Positions 1 to 10,149 of a DNA stretch of 64,000 nt are shown here, piece by piece (position 1 is the first letter of the stretch; each line of letters opens with the position of its first letter). A program made the translations under genes and the position numbers. Location: assembly GCA_964291285.2 (NCBI GenBank), contig OZ219786.1, positions 32,001 through 96,000 on the forward strand, in the 5' to 3' direction. This DNA comes from Alphaproteobacteria bacterium. Its GTDB lineage: Bacteria > Pseudomonadota > Alphaproteobacteria > Bin95. Below the pieces are notes generated by a model. That model saw only the letters and a list, made by a program, of their open reading frames with translations. It was not told where the DNA came from and searched no databases.

Positions 1-513
1 GCGGCGGTGTTGGCCGCCGTGCCCGGAACCGCCGTCGTCTTCGCCGCCGAAACGCTGTTCCGGCCGGGTTATGTCGGCCTGGACCGGCTGCCGGAGGTCT
101 ATCTGGGGGTAGCGGTGATCGGGCTGCTCATCAGCGCGGCCGTCCTTGCGGTCCGCAGCCGGCCCGTCCCGCAGGAGCAGGAAGCGCCGCCTGCCGCCGC
201 CCCGTCCCGTTTCCTCGACCGCCTGCCGCACGGGATCGGCCGCAACCTCGTCTATCTCAGGATGGCCGACCACTATGTCGAGGCCTTCACCACCGCCGGC
301 TCGGACCTCGTGCTGATGCGCTTCGCCGACGCGGTAGCCGAACTGGAAGGCGCGGACGGGATGCGGGTCCACCGCTCCTACTGGGTCGCGCGCGGGCATG
401 TGACGGGCCCGGACCGCATCAACGGCCGCCCGGCGCTTTGCCTCACCGGCGGCCACAAGGTCCCCGTCAGCCGGACCTACCTTCCGGCCGTCCGGGCCGC
501 CGGGCTGATCTGA
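1..513 (+). CDS. LytTR-domain DNA-binding protein (membrane-anchored), 5'-truncated by the window edge
   Basis: Frame is open from base 1; TM segment followed by LytTR motifs (ADHYVEAFT, GMRVHRSYWVA, VPVSRTY). Confidence 0.85.
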   Translation, partial: AAVLAAVPGTAVVFAAETLFRPGYVGLDRLPEVYLGVAVIGLLISAAVLAVRSRPVPQEQEAPPAAAPSRFLDRLPHGIGRNLVYLRMADHYVEAFTTAGSDLVLMRFADAVAELEGADGMRVHRSYWVARGHVTGPDRINGRPALCLTGGHKVPVSRTYLPAVRAAGLI

Positions 514-519
514 GCCCCG

Positions 520-1380
520 CTACCGAACGGTCGTGCGCCACATGGAGCGGCGCTGGGGCCATTCATAGTCGCGGATGGCGACGTGCTGGACGGCGGGGTT
601 GTCCCACATCAGCACGTCGCCGACGGCCCAGCGGTGCCGGTAGATGAAGCGGTCCTCCACGATCAGGTCGGAGAGCCGGTCGATCAGCGGGAGCGCTTCC
701 GAGTCGTCCATGCCGTCTATGCCGATGCACTCGCCCTTGCGCACATAAAGCGCCTTGCGGCCGGTCTTCGGGTGCGGCCGGGCGACCGGATGGCGGGCGT
801 CGGGGTTCCTGTCGATCTGCGCCTGGGTCACGGCGACCGGCTTTTTCACGCCGCGCTCCTTGGCGGCGAAGCGGTGGACCGCCTGCAGGCCCTCGATGCG
901 GCCGCGGGTCTCCCCGTCGAGCGCGTCGTAGGCCGCCGCGGCGCTTGCAAAGAGCGTGGGGCCCAGCGGCTCGCCCGCATCGTCGTGCGGCACTTCCAGG
1001 GCGTAGAGCAGGGTCCGGCGCGGCGGCTCCGCCGTGTAGGACATGTCCGTGTGCCAGTGGCTGCCGGCATCGGCATAGCCGAGCGCCCGGCCGCTCCCGT
1101 CCCGCAGGTTCGACACCTTGAGCACTTCCGGCACGCCTTCGAGCGCATGCTGGTCGAAGGCGTTGACCTTGATCTCCCCGAGGCGGCGGGAGAAGGCCAG
1201 CAGCTCGTGCGGCGTCAGCGACTGGCCCCGGAAACAGAGCACGCTGTAGCGGTCGAACGCCGCCTCGCACGCCTCGAACACCTCATCGGGCAGAGGCGCC
1301 GACAGGTCCACGCCGAACACGTCCGCCCCGACCGGCGCGCCGCTCGGGCGGATTTCGAAAGCTGGGTTGTCGGCGGTCAT
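520..1380 (-). CDS. TauD/TfdA family Fe(II)/2-oxoglutarate dioxygenase
   Basis: WHTDMSY (HxD) motif, HPVARPHP, MWDN..VQH.A; start set at MTADNPAFEI. Confidence 0.9.
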   Translation of the reverse strand: MTADNPAFEIRPSGAPVGADVFGVDLSAPLPDEVFEACEAAFDRYSVLCFRGQSLTPHELLAFSRRLGEIKVNAFDQHALEGVPEVLKVSNLRDGSGRALGYADAGSHWHTDMSYTAEPPRRTLLYALEVPHDDAGEPLGPTLFASAAAAYDALDGETRGRIEGLQAVHRFAAKERGVKKPVAVTQAQIDRNPDARHPVARPHPKTGRKALYVRKGECIGIDGMDDSEALPLIDRLSDLIVEDRFIYRHRWAVGDVLMWDNPAVQHVAIRDYEWPQRRSMWRTTVR

Positions 1381-1406
1381 CGCAAGCCTCCCGGGACGGT
1401 CCGCCG

Positions 1407-2375
1407 CTATTCTCCCTGCAATCGCTCCGCCTGCAAACTCCTCGCTTCCATGCGCCGGATCAGTTCGGCGGCGACGCGCGGCACCTCGTTCACGGGCTCG
1501 TAGCGCCATTCCGCCAGCCGGCCCTCGAACGGGCGAAGGACGCCTTCCTCACGCAACGCCGCATGGAAGCGCGCCAGCCGCCGGTTGCCGCCCGCCATGC
1601 GCGCCGCATAGACGGGCCTCCCGGTCGATACCGCCTCGCTGGTCATGGAGACCGAATCTTCCGTGACCACGATATGCCGGGCGAGCGCCAGCATGCCGGG
1701 ATAGGGGTTGCAGCCGGTCCCGTCCCAGAACCACGCTTCCGGCAGGCGGGCCCTGAGCGCGGCGGTGACGCCCGGCTCGGTCCGGCGGGAGGCGGTGACG
1801 GCCATCGGCCCCTCGAGCCCCGCAAGGCCGTCCGCCAGCGCCTTTACGGTTTCCGGCGTGAAGCGGTGGGACCGGCTTCGGCCGCCGAGCAGCACGGCGA
1901 CATTCAACTCGCCGAGCCTCTCCCGCCATGCCTCCCCGGCGGCGGCGAGCGCCTCCGGCGTCAGGCGGTGGAGTGCGACCCGAGTCGCCAGCACATTGGG
2001 GCCGGAGACGCCGTCATGGCGCGGCGGCACCACAAGGTCGAAATGGTGGAGGGGGACGCGCGGATTCTGGATATGAACGGTAAAGCACCGCCCTCCCGAG
2101 GCGCGGCGGACAGCCACGGAGACCGCCGCGCTGCGCCGGCCGCAGGTAATCAGCAGTTCCGGCCAGGGCGGGCCGAGCCGCTCCGCCAGTCCGGTTTGCA
2201 GGAGGCCCGGCGCCTGCCGGTGCGCCGGCAACCACGACCAGGGGCGGCGCAGACGGACGGTCCTGACCTCGTAGCGACGCCCGACAGCCGCCGCCAGCCC
2301 CTCGGCCTGCCCGGCGGCGCCGGCCTCGCCCGTCGTCAACGCCCAGACGGGGGCGGTCGAAGCGGCTTCCGCCAC
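1407..2375 (-). CDS. ELM1/DUF1022 family protein (putative nucleoside-diphosphate-sugar epimerase-like)
   Basis: WPELLITCGRR, FDLVVPPRHD, TASRRT, NPY.GML, VTEDSVSM.SEA motifs. Confidence 0.85.
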   Translation of the reverse strand: MAEAASTAPVWALTTGEAGAAGQAEGLAAAVGRRYEVRTVRLRRPWSWLPAHRQAPGLLQTGLAERLGPPWPELLITCGRRSAAVSVAVRRASGGRCFTVHIQNPRVPLHHFDLVVPPRHDGVSGPNVLATRVALHRLTPEALAAAGEAWRERLGELNVAVLLGGRSRSHRFTPETVKALADGLAGLEGPMAVTASRRTEPGVTAALRARLPEAWFWDGTGCNPYPGMLALARHIVVTEDSVSMTSEAVSTGRPVYAARMAGGNRRLARFHAALREEGVLRPFEGRLAEWRYEPVNEVPRVAAELIRRMEARSLQAERLQGE

Positions 2376-2402
2376 CGGCCGCCTCCCGTTTCGCCGCCGG
2401 CG

Positions 2403-2762
2403 TCAGCGCGCCGCCGTCACCATGATCTCGACGAGGATCTCCGGGCGCGCCAGGTCCGCCTTCACGCAGGCGCGCGCCGGCGGGTTCTCGGGATCGACCC
2501 AACCGTTCCAGACCTTGTTCATGGCCGCGAAATTGGCCATGTCGGTGATCCAGAGATTGGCCGCCAGCAGGCTGGATTTGGAGGTGCCCGCGCGCTCCAG
2601 ATAGCCGTCGATCTGCTCGAGGATGTCCGCCGTCTGCGCTTCCACGTCGCCGCTCGTGTCGCGTGCCACGAGGCCGGCCAGATACACCGTGTCGCCCCGG
2701 ACCACGGCACGGCTCATCATCGGGCCCGGCGGGCTGGTGCGGTCGAATCGTTCGATGCTCAT
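2403..2762 (-). CDS. RidA/YjgF family protein
   Basis: TVYLAGLV, FAAMNKVW, PPARACV, LVEIMVTA. Confidence 0.92.
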   Translation of the reverse strand: MSIERFDRTSPPGPMMSRAVVRGDTVYLAGLVARDTSGDVEAQTADILEQIDGYLERAGTSKSSLLAANLWITDMANFAAMNKVWNGWVDPENPPARACVKADLARPEILVEIMVTAAR

Positions 2763-2817
2763 AGGGTCTTTCTCCCGTGTTGCGTTGTGAGTAGCGATGG
2801 GGTGGCGGAGCTTTCGA

Positions 2818-3579
2818 CTATCGGCGCCGCCATGTAAAGTCCAACGCCCCGCCGCGCCGCAATATCTGTTCTATTTCAGGCAGGTAGCTGCCATTGCTGA
2901 CATGCAGGACGAATCCGGGAAGCAGCGAAACCGGCGCCCGGATATCCTTGCGTCCGCGCAGTATGACGCGGTGGGCCGGGCGGCCGTCATTCTTCGACCA
3001 GAGAGGAACGACCGCCGTCTCCCCGATTCCCGAGGCGGTATAGGCGGCAAGGTGTTCGTCCAGGCGTTCGGCGGTCAGGATCGTCGTCAGCGTTCCGCCC
3101 CGCCGCAGCATGGTGGCGGCGAAGCGCACCCAGTGCATGAGGTCGGCGCCTTGCTCGACATGGGCCCGTGCGCGCTGCCGGTTCCGCGGCGGCGGACCGG
3201 CTGTCTGCGAGAGCCAGGGCGGGTTCGCCATCGCATGGTCGAAGCTCGCGGGACCGAGCCGGGCCGGCGGGGCGCGCAGGTCGCCGACGATGACATCGAC
3301 GTTGCGCTCGAAGCCGTTCGCCTCGACATTCTTCCGGCAGAGCCCGGCGAGGTCCCGATCGTGTTCGAGTCCGGTGACGAAGCATCCTTCGACGCGGCTT
3401 GCCAGGCACAGGGCCGCCGCACCGGTGCCCGCGCCGATTTCCAGGACGTGCTCTCCCGGCCGGGCAGGCACCGCCGCGGCCAGCAGGACGGGGTCTATCG
3501 CGACCCGGTAGCCCTCGGCGGGCTGCCGCAGCCGGACCCTGCCGTCCAGCAGGGTGTCTTCGCTGACAGCTTCGTTCAC
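2818..3579 (-). CDS. tRNA1(Val) A37 N6-methyltransferase family SAM-dependent methyltransferase
   Basis: QPAEGYRVAIDPVLLA, VLEIGAGTG, ANPPW. Confidence 0.85.
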   Translation of the reverse strand: MNEAVSEDTLLDGRVRLRQPAEGYRVAIDPVLLAAAVPARPGEHVLEIGAGTGAAALCLASRVEGCFVTGLEHDRDLAGLCRKNVEANGFERNVDVIVGDLRAPPARLGPASFDHAMANPPWLSQTAGPPPRNRQRARAHVEQGADLMHWVRFAATMLRRGGTLTTILTAERLDEHLAAYTASGIGETAVVPLWSKNDGRPAHRVILRGRKDIRAPVSLLPGFVLHVSNGSYLPEIEQILRRGGALDFTWRRR

Positions 3580-3794
3580 AGTCCGCCGAGATCCTGCTGC
3601 GCGGATTCCAGAAGGCGGCGCGCTTCGGGATAGTCCTCGTCGGCCACCATCACGCGCCGGGGAAGGATGCCGATGCTGCCCTCGACTATGCTGGTGTGGC
3701 TGTCGAGCACAACGGCTTCCACGCCGCGCGCCGAGAGTTCGGCTACCAGCCAGGAAATCGCAACCGGATCAGTAGTTTTCAGCACAGCTTTCAA
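3576..3794 (-). CDS. DUF2007 domain protein
   Basis: TTDPV.IS, SIVEGSIGILPRRVMV; typical position beside ispB; TTG start inferred. Confidence 0.75.
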   Translation of the reverse strand: MKAVLKTTDPVAISWLVAELSARGVEAVVLDSHTSIVEGSIGILPRRVMVADEDYPEARRLLESAQQDLGGL

Positions 3795-3874
3795 TCTGCG
3801 GTTCCCAAAGCTTGACCGGCCTTCCGCCCGCCCTATGCTCGCCTCTCCCACGCCCGAAGGTCAATCGTGCCCCC

Positions 3875-4882
3875 GTGACACTAGCGGCGACATCCCCGCC
3901 ACCGGCGCAGCCGCTGGCCGCGCTGCATGCGCTCGTCGGGGCGGACATGGCGCGCGTCAATGCGCTGATCCTCGAGCGGATGCAGAACGAGGTCGCGCTG
4001 ATCCCGCAATTGGCCGGCCATATCGTCGCATCGGGCGGCAAGCGTCTGCGCCCGATGCTCACATTGGCGTCGGCGCGGCTCTGCGGCTATGAGGGACGGC
4101 GCCATATCGAGCTCGCGGCCTGCGTCGAGTTCATCCATACGGCCACGCTGCTGCATGACGACGTGGTGGATGGAAGCATGTTGCGGCGCGGCGCGGAGAC
4201 CGCCAATGCCGTCTGGGGAAACCAGGCGAGCGTGCTGGTCGGGGATTTCCTGTTCAGCCGGTCCTTCCAGCTCATGGTCGATGCCGGCTCGTTGGAGGTG
4301 CTGGGAATCCTCGCCAATGCGTCCGCGACGATCGCGGAGGGCGAGGTGCGCCAGCTCGCCACCGTCAGCCGGCCGGAAACGGGGATTGCCGACTACCTGA
4401 AGGTCGTCGAAGGCAAGACCGCCGCGCTTTTCGCCGCGGCGTGCCGCATCGGCGCCGTCATCGCGGACCGGCCGCGCGCGGAGGCCGAGGCGCTGGAAGC
4501 CTACGGCCTGAATCTCGGCATCGCCTTCCAGCTTGTCGATGACGTGCTCGACTATTCCGCCCTGCAGGCCGATCTGGGCAAGACCGTGGGCGACGACTTC
4601 GCCGAGGGCAAGGTCACCCTGCCGGTCATTCTCGCCTACGGCCGGGGCAATGAGGAGGAGCAGGCTTTCTGGCACCAGGTCCTCTGCGAGGACGGGCGGC
4701 GGGTCGAGGATTTCGGCAGGGCCGTCGCCCTCATGCGGCGCCACGATTCCCTGTCGGAGACGCTGGACCGGGCCCGATCCAGCGCCGAGGACGCCAAGCG
4801 GGCGCTGGAGCCTTTTCCGGACGGGCCGGTGCGTGCGGTGCTGGCCGATATCGCCGATTTCTGCGTCGAGCGCGTCTATTAG
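3875..4882 (+). CDS. ispB: Polyprenyl (octa/decaprenyl) diphosphate synthase
   Basis: GGKRLRP, FARM LHDDVVD, SARM FQLVDD.LD; start approximate. Confidence 0.92.
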   Translation: MTLAATSPPPAQPLAALHALVGADMARVNALILERMQNEVALIPQLAGHIVASGGKRLRPMLTLASARLCGYEGRRHIELAACVEFIHTATLLHDDVVDGSMLRRGAETANAVWGNQASVLVGDFLFSRSFQLMVDAGSLEVLGILANASATIAEGEVRQLATVSRPETGIADYLKVVEGKTAALFAAACRIGAVIADRPRAEAEALEAYGLNLGIAFQLVDDVLDYSALQADLGKTVGDDFAEGKVTLPVILAYGRGNEEEQAFWHQVLCEDGRRVEDFGRAVALMRRHDSLSETLDRARSSAEDAKRALEPFPDGPVRAVLADIADFCVERVY

Positions 4883-4887
4883 GCGTT

Positions 4888-5538
4888 TCAGGCGTCCGTC
4901 TCCGCGAGGCGCCTGTCCAGATAGCTCTCGACCGCGCCGTTCAGCTGTTCGAGATGGCGCGTGAAGAGGTGGTTGGCGCCGGGGATGACCTTGTGGTCGA
5001 TGACGATACCGCGCTGGGTGCGCAGCTTCTCGACCAGCTTCTCGACCGAGTCGGTCGTCACGACCTCGTCCTTCGTCCCGTTGACGATCAGGCCGGAGGA
5101 CGGGCAGGGCGCCAGGAAAGAGAAGTCGTACATGTTCGCCGGCGGGGCGACGGAGATGAAGCCGGAAATCTCCGGCCGGCGCATCAGCAGCTGCATGCCG
5201 ATCCAGGCGCCGAAGGAAAAGCCCGCGATCCAGACCTTGACGGGGTCCTTCCTGAGGCTTTGCATGTGGTCGAGAATGGCCGCCGCGTCGGCGAGTTCGC
5301 CTTCTCCGCGCCCGTATTCGCCCTGCGAGCGCCCGACGCCGCGGAAGTTGAAGCGCATGACCGAGAACCCGCGCCGGACGAAGCAATGGAAGAGGTTGTA
5401 AACCACCTTGTTGTGCATCGTGCCGCCATGCTGCGGATGCGGGTGGAGCATCAGCGCGATCGGGGCCGCCGGATCGTCGACATGGTGATAGCGCGCTTCA
5501 AGCCGGCCTTCGGGACCGTTCACGATAACGTCGGGCAT
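4888..5538 (-). CDS. Alpha/beta hydrolase (conserved alphaproteobacterial, Fe-S cluster locus-associated)
   Basis: GPEGRLE, HPHPQHGGTM, GFSFG nucleophile elbow, GANHLF. Confidence 0.9.
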   Translation of the reverse strand: MPDVIVNGPEGRLEARYHHVDDPAAPIALMLHPHPQHGGTMHNKVVYNLFHCFVRRGFSVMRFNFRGVGRSQGEYGRGEGELADAAAILDHMQSLRKDPVKVWIAGFSFGAWIGMQLLMRRPEISGFISVAPPANMYDFSFLAPCPSSGLIVNGTKDEVVTTDSVEKLVEKLRTQRGIVIDHKVIPGANHLFTRHLEQLNGAVESYLDRRLAETDA

Positions 5539-5656
5539 GGGCGTGGAATCCCGTTCCTTCGGTCCGGGCGGCAGGCCTGCCGCCAGCGGGGCTTTCCTTT
5601 GCGGACGAGCGCGATCTAACTGGGTCGGCGGGTTCGGGCCGTCAAGAGGCCGCATC

Positions 5657-6691
5657 ATGGCAAAACGCCGCATTTACATGGACTGGAACGCCACGGCGCC
5701 GCTGGCCCCGGCCGCGCGGGACGCCATGGCCGCTGCAATGGCCGTACTCGGCAACCCCTCCTCGGTGCATGGCGAGGGGCGTGCCGCCCGACGGCTTGTC
5801 GAGGAGGCGCGGACGCGGATTGCGGCCTTCGCCGGCGCGGCGCCGGAGCAGGTCGTCTTCACCTCCGGCGGCACCGAGGCGAATGCGCTCGCGCTGGCGG
5901 GGCGCGAGTGGCTGGCGGGGGCGAGCGAGCATGCGTCCGTGCTCGACCATGCGGCCGGTCCACGCCTGGCCGTGGACGGCGACGGACGCATTCGCCCCGA
6001 CTCGATCCCGCCAGGCAGGGCCGTCGCCCTGATGGCCGCCAACAACGAAACCGGGGCCATTCACCCTCTTGAGGAAGTCGGGCGGCGGGTGCGCGAGACC
6101 GGCGGGCTCTGGCATTGCGACGCCGTGCAGGCGGCCGGGCGGCTCGACCTGGCCGCCATCGACGCCGATTCGCTGGCGCTCTCGGCGCACAAGCTCGGCG
6201 GACCGATGGGCATCGGCGCTCTGGTGATGCGCACGGAACGCGCGCTTGACGGCGCAATCCGCGGCGCACAGGAGCGCCGGCGGCGGGGCGGCACGGAAAA
6301 TGTCGTCGGTATTGCCGGCTTCGGCGCGGTCGCCCGCCCGCTCCCCGACATGGCGGTGCTCAGCGACCGGCTGGAGGCGCAGCTTGAAGGCGCGGTGATC
6401 TACGGAAACGGCGGGCCGCGGCTCGGCAACACAAGCTGCATCGGCATGCCCGGCGTCCCGGGCGAGACCCAGGTGATGGCCTTCGACCTTGAGGGATTCG
6501 CGGTGAGCGCGGGGGCTGCCTGCTCCTCCGGGAAGGTGGATGCGTCGCATGTGCTGCTGGCGATGGGAGTGGATGAAACGGCGGCGGGCGAGGCTATCCG
6601 GATCAGCCTTGGACCAGGCCTCGTGGAAGCGGATATCGACGCCTTTGCGGAGGCCTGGAATCGCCTTGCGGCACGATTGCGAAGGCGGTAG
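5657..6691 (+). CDS. Cysteine desulfurase (IscS/NifS family)
   Basis: [25 protein letters not shown] lysine, SAGAACSSG. Confidence 0.9.
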   Translation: MAKRRIYMDWNATAPLAPAARDAMAAAMAVLGNPSSVHGEGRAARRLVEEARTRIAAFAGAAPEQVVFTSGGTEANALALAGREWLAGASEHASVLDHAAGPRLAVDGDGRIRPDSIPPGRAVALMAANNETGAIHPLEEVGRRVRETGGLWHCDAVQAAGRLDLAAIDADSLALSAHKLGGPMGIGALVMRTERALDGAIRGAQERRRRGGTENVVGIAGFGAVARPLPDMAVLSDRLEAQLEGAVIYGNGGPRLGNTSCIGMPGVPGETQVMAFDLEGFAVSAGAACSSGKVDASHVLLAMGVDETAAGEAIRISLGPGLVEADIDAFAEAWNRLAARLRRR

Positions 6692-6717
6692 AAGGCGCGG
6701 CTCACAGGATGGGTGTC

Positions 6718-7044
6718 ATGCCGAAGATCACCTTTGTCAGCCCGGATGGAAGCGAGCAGACGGTCGAGCCGCCGGCGGGCATGACGATTCTGGAAATCTC
6801 GCGCAAATACGACATCGACATCGAGGGCGCCTGCGAGGGTTCGCTGGCCTGCTCGACCTGCCACGTCATCGTCGATGAGGACTGGTACGAGAGGCTGGAG
6901 GAACCGGATGAGGACGAAGAGGACATGCTCGACCTCGCTTTCGGCCTGACGCCGACCTCCCGGCTCGGCTGCCAGATCGCGGTGACGGACGAGCTTGACG
7001 GAATCCGCGTCACGCTGCCCGAAGAAACCCGGTCGCTGCTCTGA
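6718..7044 (+). CDS. fdx: 2Fe-2S ferredoxin, adrenodoxin/ISC type
   Basis: [12 protein letters not shown]...SRLGCQ. Confidence 0.93.
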   Translation: MPKITFVSPDGSEQTVEPPAGMTILEISRKYDIDIEGACEGSLACSTCHVIVDEDWYERLEEPDEDEEDMLDLAFGLTPTSRLGCQIAVTDELDGIRVTLPEETRSLL

Positions 7045-7697
7045 TGGGCCTCTTCGACCGGCTGAAGGCGGCGGCATCCGCGGACTGGCAGGCCTATATC
7101 GACCATCCCTTCGTGCGCGCCGTCGGCGACGGCAGCCTGCCGGAGGCCTGTTTCCGCCGCTATCTGGAGCAGGACTACCTTTTCCTGGTCCATTTCGCGC
7201 GCGCCTACGCGCTGGCGGCGTTCAAGGGCGAATCGCTCGCCGACATCCGTCACGGCGCGGAAACGGCGCTCGCCATCGCCGACACGGAAATGCGCCTCCA
7301 CGTCGCCTTCTGCAAGGGATGGGGGCTGGAGGAGGCCGACATGGCCGCCCTGCCGGAAGCGCCGGCGACCATGGCCTATACGCGCTATGTGCTGGAGCGC
7401 GGGCTCGCCGGCGACCTGCTCGACCTGCATGTCGCGCTTGCGCCCTGCATCGTGGGCTATGCGGAAATCGGCCGCGCCCTCTCCGGGTCCGCGCGGGGCA
7501 ATCCTTACGGGGCCTGGATCGAGATGTATGCCGGCCGCGAGTATCAGGAGACTGCGGCCGCGGCGATTGCCCATCTCGACGACCTGTTCGCCAGGCGCGG
7601 CGGGCCGGCGCGGCTGCCGGCGCTCGAGCGCATCTTCGGCGACGCGACGCGGCTCGAGATCGATTTCTGGCAGATGGGCCTGTCGCCGAACTCGTGA
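7044..7697 (+). CDS. tenA: Thiaminase II / TenA family protein
   Basis: HPFV, YLEQDYLFL.HFARAY, LAPC..GY.EI, LE.DFW. Confidence 0.88.
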   Translation: MGLFDRLKAAASADWQAYIDHPFVRAVGDGSLPEACFRRYLEQDYLFLVHFARAYALAAFKGESLADIRHGAETALAIADTEMRLHVAFCKGWGLEEADMAALPEAPATMAYTRYVLERGLAGDLLDLHVALAPCIVGYAEIGRALSGSARGNPYGAWIEMYAGREYQETAAAAIAHLDDLFARRGGPARLPALERIFGDATRLEIDFWQMGLSPNS

Positions 7698-7701
7698 CCG
7701 G

Positions 7702-8577
7702 CTAGGTATTGCGCAGCAGGTGGATAAGGGCGGAGGTGTCCCAGCGCCCGCCGCCTTCCTGCTGGACATGCTTGTAGAACTGGTCGATGGCGGCGGTCAT
7801 CGGCAGGCGCGCGCCGTTGCGCTCGGCCTCGGCAAGGCAGATGGCGAGATCCTTGCGCATCCAGTCCACGGCGAAGCCGAAGTCGAACTTGTCATCGACC
7901 ATGGTCTGGCCGCGATTGTCCATCTGCCAGGAGCCGGCCGCACCCTTGGAAATGACCTCCAGCACGAGCGGCATGTCGAGGCCCGCCTTGAGGCCCATAT
8001 TGAGCGCCTCGGACAGCCCCTGCAGCAGGCCGGCGATCGCGATCTGGTTCACCATCTTGGTGAGTTGCCCGTTGCCGGGCGCGCCCAGCAGCGTCACCGC
8101 GCGCCCGTAGCAGGTCATCGCCGGGCGGGCGCGCTCGAACGGCTCGCTGTCGCCGCCGCACATGACGGTGAGCACGCCGTTCTCCGCCCCGGCCTGGCCG
8201 CCGGAGACGGGCGCATCGATGCAGGCGACGCCGCGTTCCCTGCCTTCCGCGTAAAGCTCGCGCGCAAGGTCGGCGGAAGCGGTGGTGTGGTCCACATACA
8301 CCGAGCCGGGCCGGATGCCCGCGAAGATGCCGTCATCGCCGTAAACGACGCTGCGCACGTCATCGTCGTTGCCGACGCAGGAGAACACGATGTCCGCGCC
8401 TTCCGCCGCCTCGCGGGGCGTTGCGGCGGTGCTGCCTCCGTGCGCGGCGGACCAGTCTTCGGCCTTTTCGCGGGTGCGGTTGTAGACGGTGACCTTGTGG
8501 CCGGCGGCGGCGAGGTGCCCCGCCATCGGGAAACCCATGACGCCGAGGCCGACGAAGGCGAGCGAAGCAGTGTTCAT
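7702..8577 (-). CDS. NAD(P)-dependent beta-hydroxyacid dehydrogenase (3-hydroxyisobutyrate DH family)
   Basis: FVGLGVMGFPMA, DAPVSGG, GQLTKMVNQ, WMRKDL. Confidence 0.9.
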   Translation of the reverse strand: MNTASLAFVGLGVMGFPMAGHLAAAGHKVTVYNRTREKAEDWSAAHGGSTAATPREAAEGADIVFSCVGNDDDVRSVVYGDDGIFAGIRPGSVYVDHTTASADLARELYAEGRERGVACIDAPVSGGQAGAENGVLTVMCGGDSEPFERARPAMTCYGRAVTLLGAPGNGQLTKMVNQIAIAGLLQGLSEALNMGLKAGLDMPLVLEVISKGAAGSWQMDNRGQTMVDDKFDFGFAVDWMRKDLAICLAEAERNGARLPMTAAIDQFYKHVQQEGGGRWDTSALIHLLRNT

Positions 8578-8611
8578 GGCAGTGAAGTCCGCATGTCGGG
8601 AAGCTGCGCCA

Positions 8612-9427
8612 TCATAGCGGGATGCGCCGTATGAGGTCAGTCTCGATCATGCGCCAGATGTCCCAGTCGGGCGCCACCAGCAGGCCCTGGCGCGGCCCGA
8701 GCGGCCTGTAGGGCGTGCCGTCGTGCATCGCCGCGGCGCCGCCCGCCTCCTCGTGCAGCAGGCAGCCCGCGGCATGGTCCCAGGGGTTGAGCCGCGTATA
8801 GAGGCCGAAATGCACCCGGCCCACCAGCCGGGCCAGATATTCCTGTCCGACGCAGCGCGCGTTGAAGCAGTGGCCGAGGCGCCCGCGCCCGCGCCCCCAG
8901 ATCTCGCGGTAGGCGTCGCTCGTCCGGAACCTGTAGCCGTAGATGGCGCCGTTCATGTCGCGGAGGTTGGCCGGGCGGGTCACCCTGAGCCTGCGTTCGC
9001 CCATGAAGGCGCCGCCGCCCCGTTCCGCGGCCGCAAGGCGCTCGGAGAAGGGGTCGTAGATCCACCCGGCGACCGTCTCGCCGCCGATGACGAGCGCCAC
9101 GATGGTGCAGAAGAGCGGATAGCCCGAGGCGAAATTGGCGGTGCCGTCCAGCGGGTCGACGACCCAGACGGGACGGTCTTCCGCCAGCAGGTCGAGAACG
9201 CCGGCATCGTCGGCTACGGCTTCTTCGCCGACCACCGCCGAGCCGGGCAGCAGGTCCGGCAGGCGCTTCGCGAATCGGGCCTCCATCGCCAGGTCGACGG
9301 CGGTGACGAAGTCATTGGGCGACTTCTCGCCGATGTCGCCGGGATCGAGGTCGACGAATTGCTGCAGCATTTCGGCTGCGGCGGTCTCGCGGATGACCGA
9401 CGCAACCCTGTCGAGGTCCACCTTCAC
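8612..9427 (-). CDS. Inositol monophosphatase family protein
   Basis: DFVT.VD, WVVDPLDGTANF, PWDHAAG; GTG start overlapping the upstream stop. Confidence 0.9.
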   Translation of the reverse strand: MKVDLDRVASVIRETAAAEMLQQFVDLDPGDIGEKSPNDFVTAVDLAMEARFAKRLPDLLPGSAVVGEEAVADDAGVLDLLAEDRPVWVVDPLDGTANFASGYPLFCTIVALVIGGETVAGWIYDPFSERLAAAERGGGAFMGERRLRVTRPANLRDMNGAIYGYRFRTSDAYREIWGRGRGRLGHCFNARCVGQEYLARLVGRVHFGLYTRLNPWDHAAGCLLHEEAGGAAAMHDGTPYRPLGPRQGLLVAPDWDIWRMIETDLIRRIPL

Positions 9428-10149
9428 GTCGATTCGGCCGGAATCTTCGGGATGCTGCGCTCTTCCTCGGGGCGCCGGTCGGGCGGCGTCACGATGCCGC
9501 CGGAGACCACCATCTTGATGCCCTCCTCGACGGTCATGGAAAGCGGGGTCAGGTCCCGCCTCGGCACGAAGAGCAGGAAGCCCGAGGTCGGGTTGGGCGT
9601 CGTCGGCAGGAAGATGTTCACCAGTTCGTCTTCCGTCAGGTTCTGCACTTCGCCCTCGGTCACGCCCGAGACGAAGGCGAGGCACCAGAGGCCGCGCCGA
9701 GGATATTCCACCAGCACGACCTGCCGGAAGGCGGTCGATCTGTGCGCCAGAACGGTTTCGAAAATCTGCTTGAGCGCGCCATAGACCGTACGCACGACGG
9801 GCATGCGGTTCAACAGGCGCTCGCCGGCCCGGATCAGCGTCCGGCCCATCAGGCCCGCGGCCAGATAGCCGACCAGCGAAAGCGCGATGATGAAGATGAT
9901 GAGGCCGATGCCCGGTATCGAGAAGGGCAGATACTGCTCCGGGTTGTAGCCTTCCGGGATGATGGCCCGGATCCTGGCATCGAAGAACTGGATGATCTGC
10001 CAGGCCAGCCAGGCGGTGATGCCGATGGGAGCCGTGACCAGGACTCCCGCAAGCACATAGTTGCGGAAGCGCAGCGGCAGGCTGCGCCCGAAGCGGGCCG
10101 CCCGCATGCGCGTTCTCCTGCCCCGTCTGCGCTGGCCCTTACGCGCCAT
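9424..10149 (-). CDS. DUF502 family membrane protein
   Basis: VLVEYPRRG, FLPTTPNPTSGF, GIKMVVSGG. Confidence 0.9.
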   Translation of the reverse strand: MARKGQRRRGRRTRMRAARFGRSLPLRFRNYVLAGVLVTAPIGITAWLAWQIIQFFDARIRAIIPEGYNPEQYLPFSIPGIGLIIFIIALSLVGYLAAGLMGRTLIRAGERLLNRMPVVRTVYGALKQIFETVLAHRSTAFRQVVLVEYPRRGLWCLAFVSGVTEGEVQNLTEDELVNIFLPTTPNPTSGFLLFVPRRDLTPLSMTVEEGIKMVVSGGIVTPPDRRPEEERSIPKIPAEST

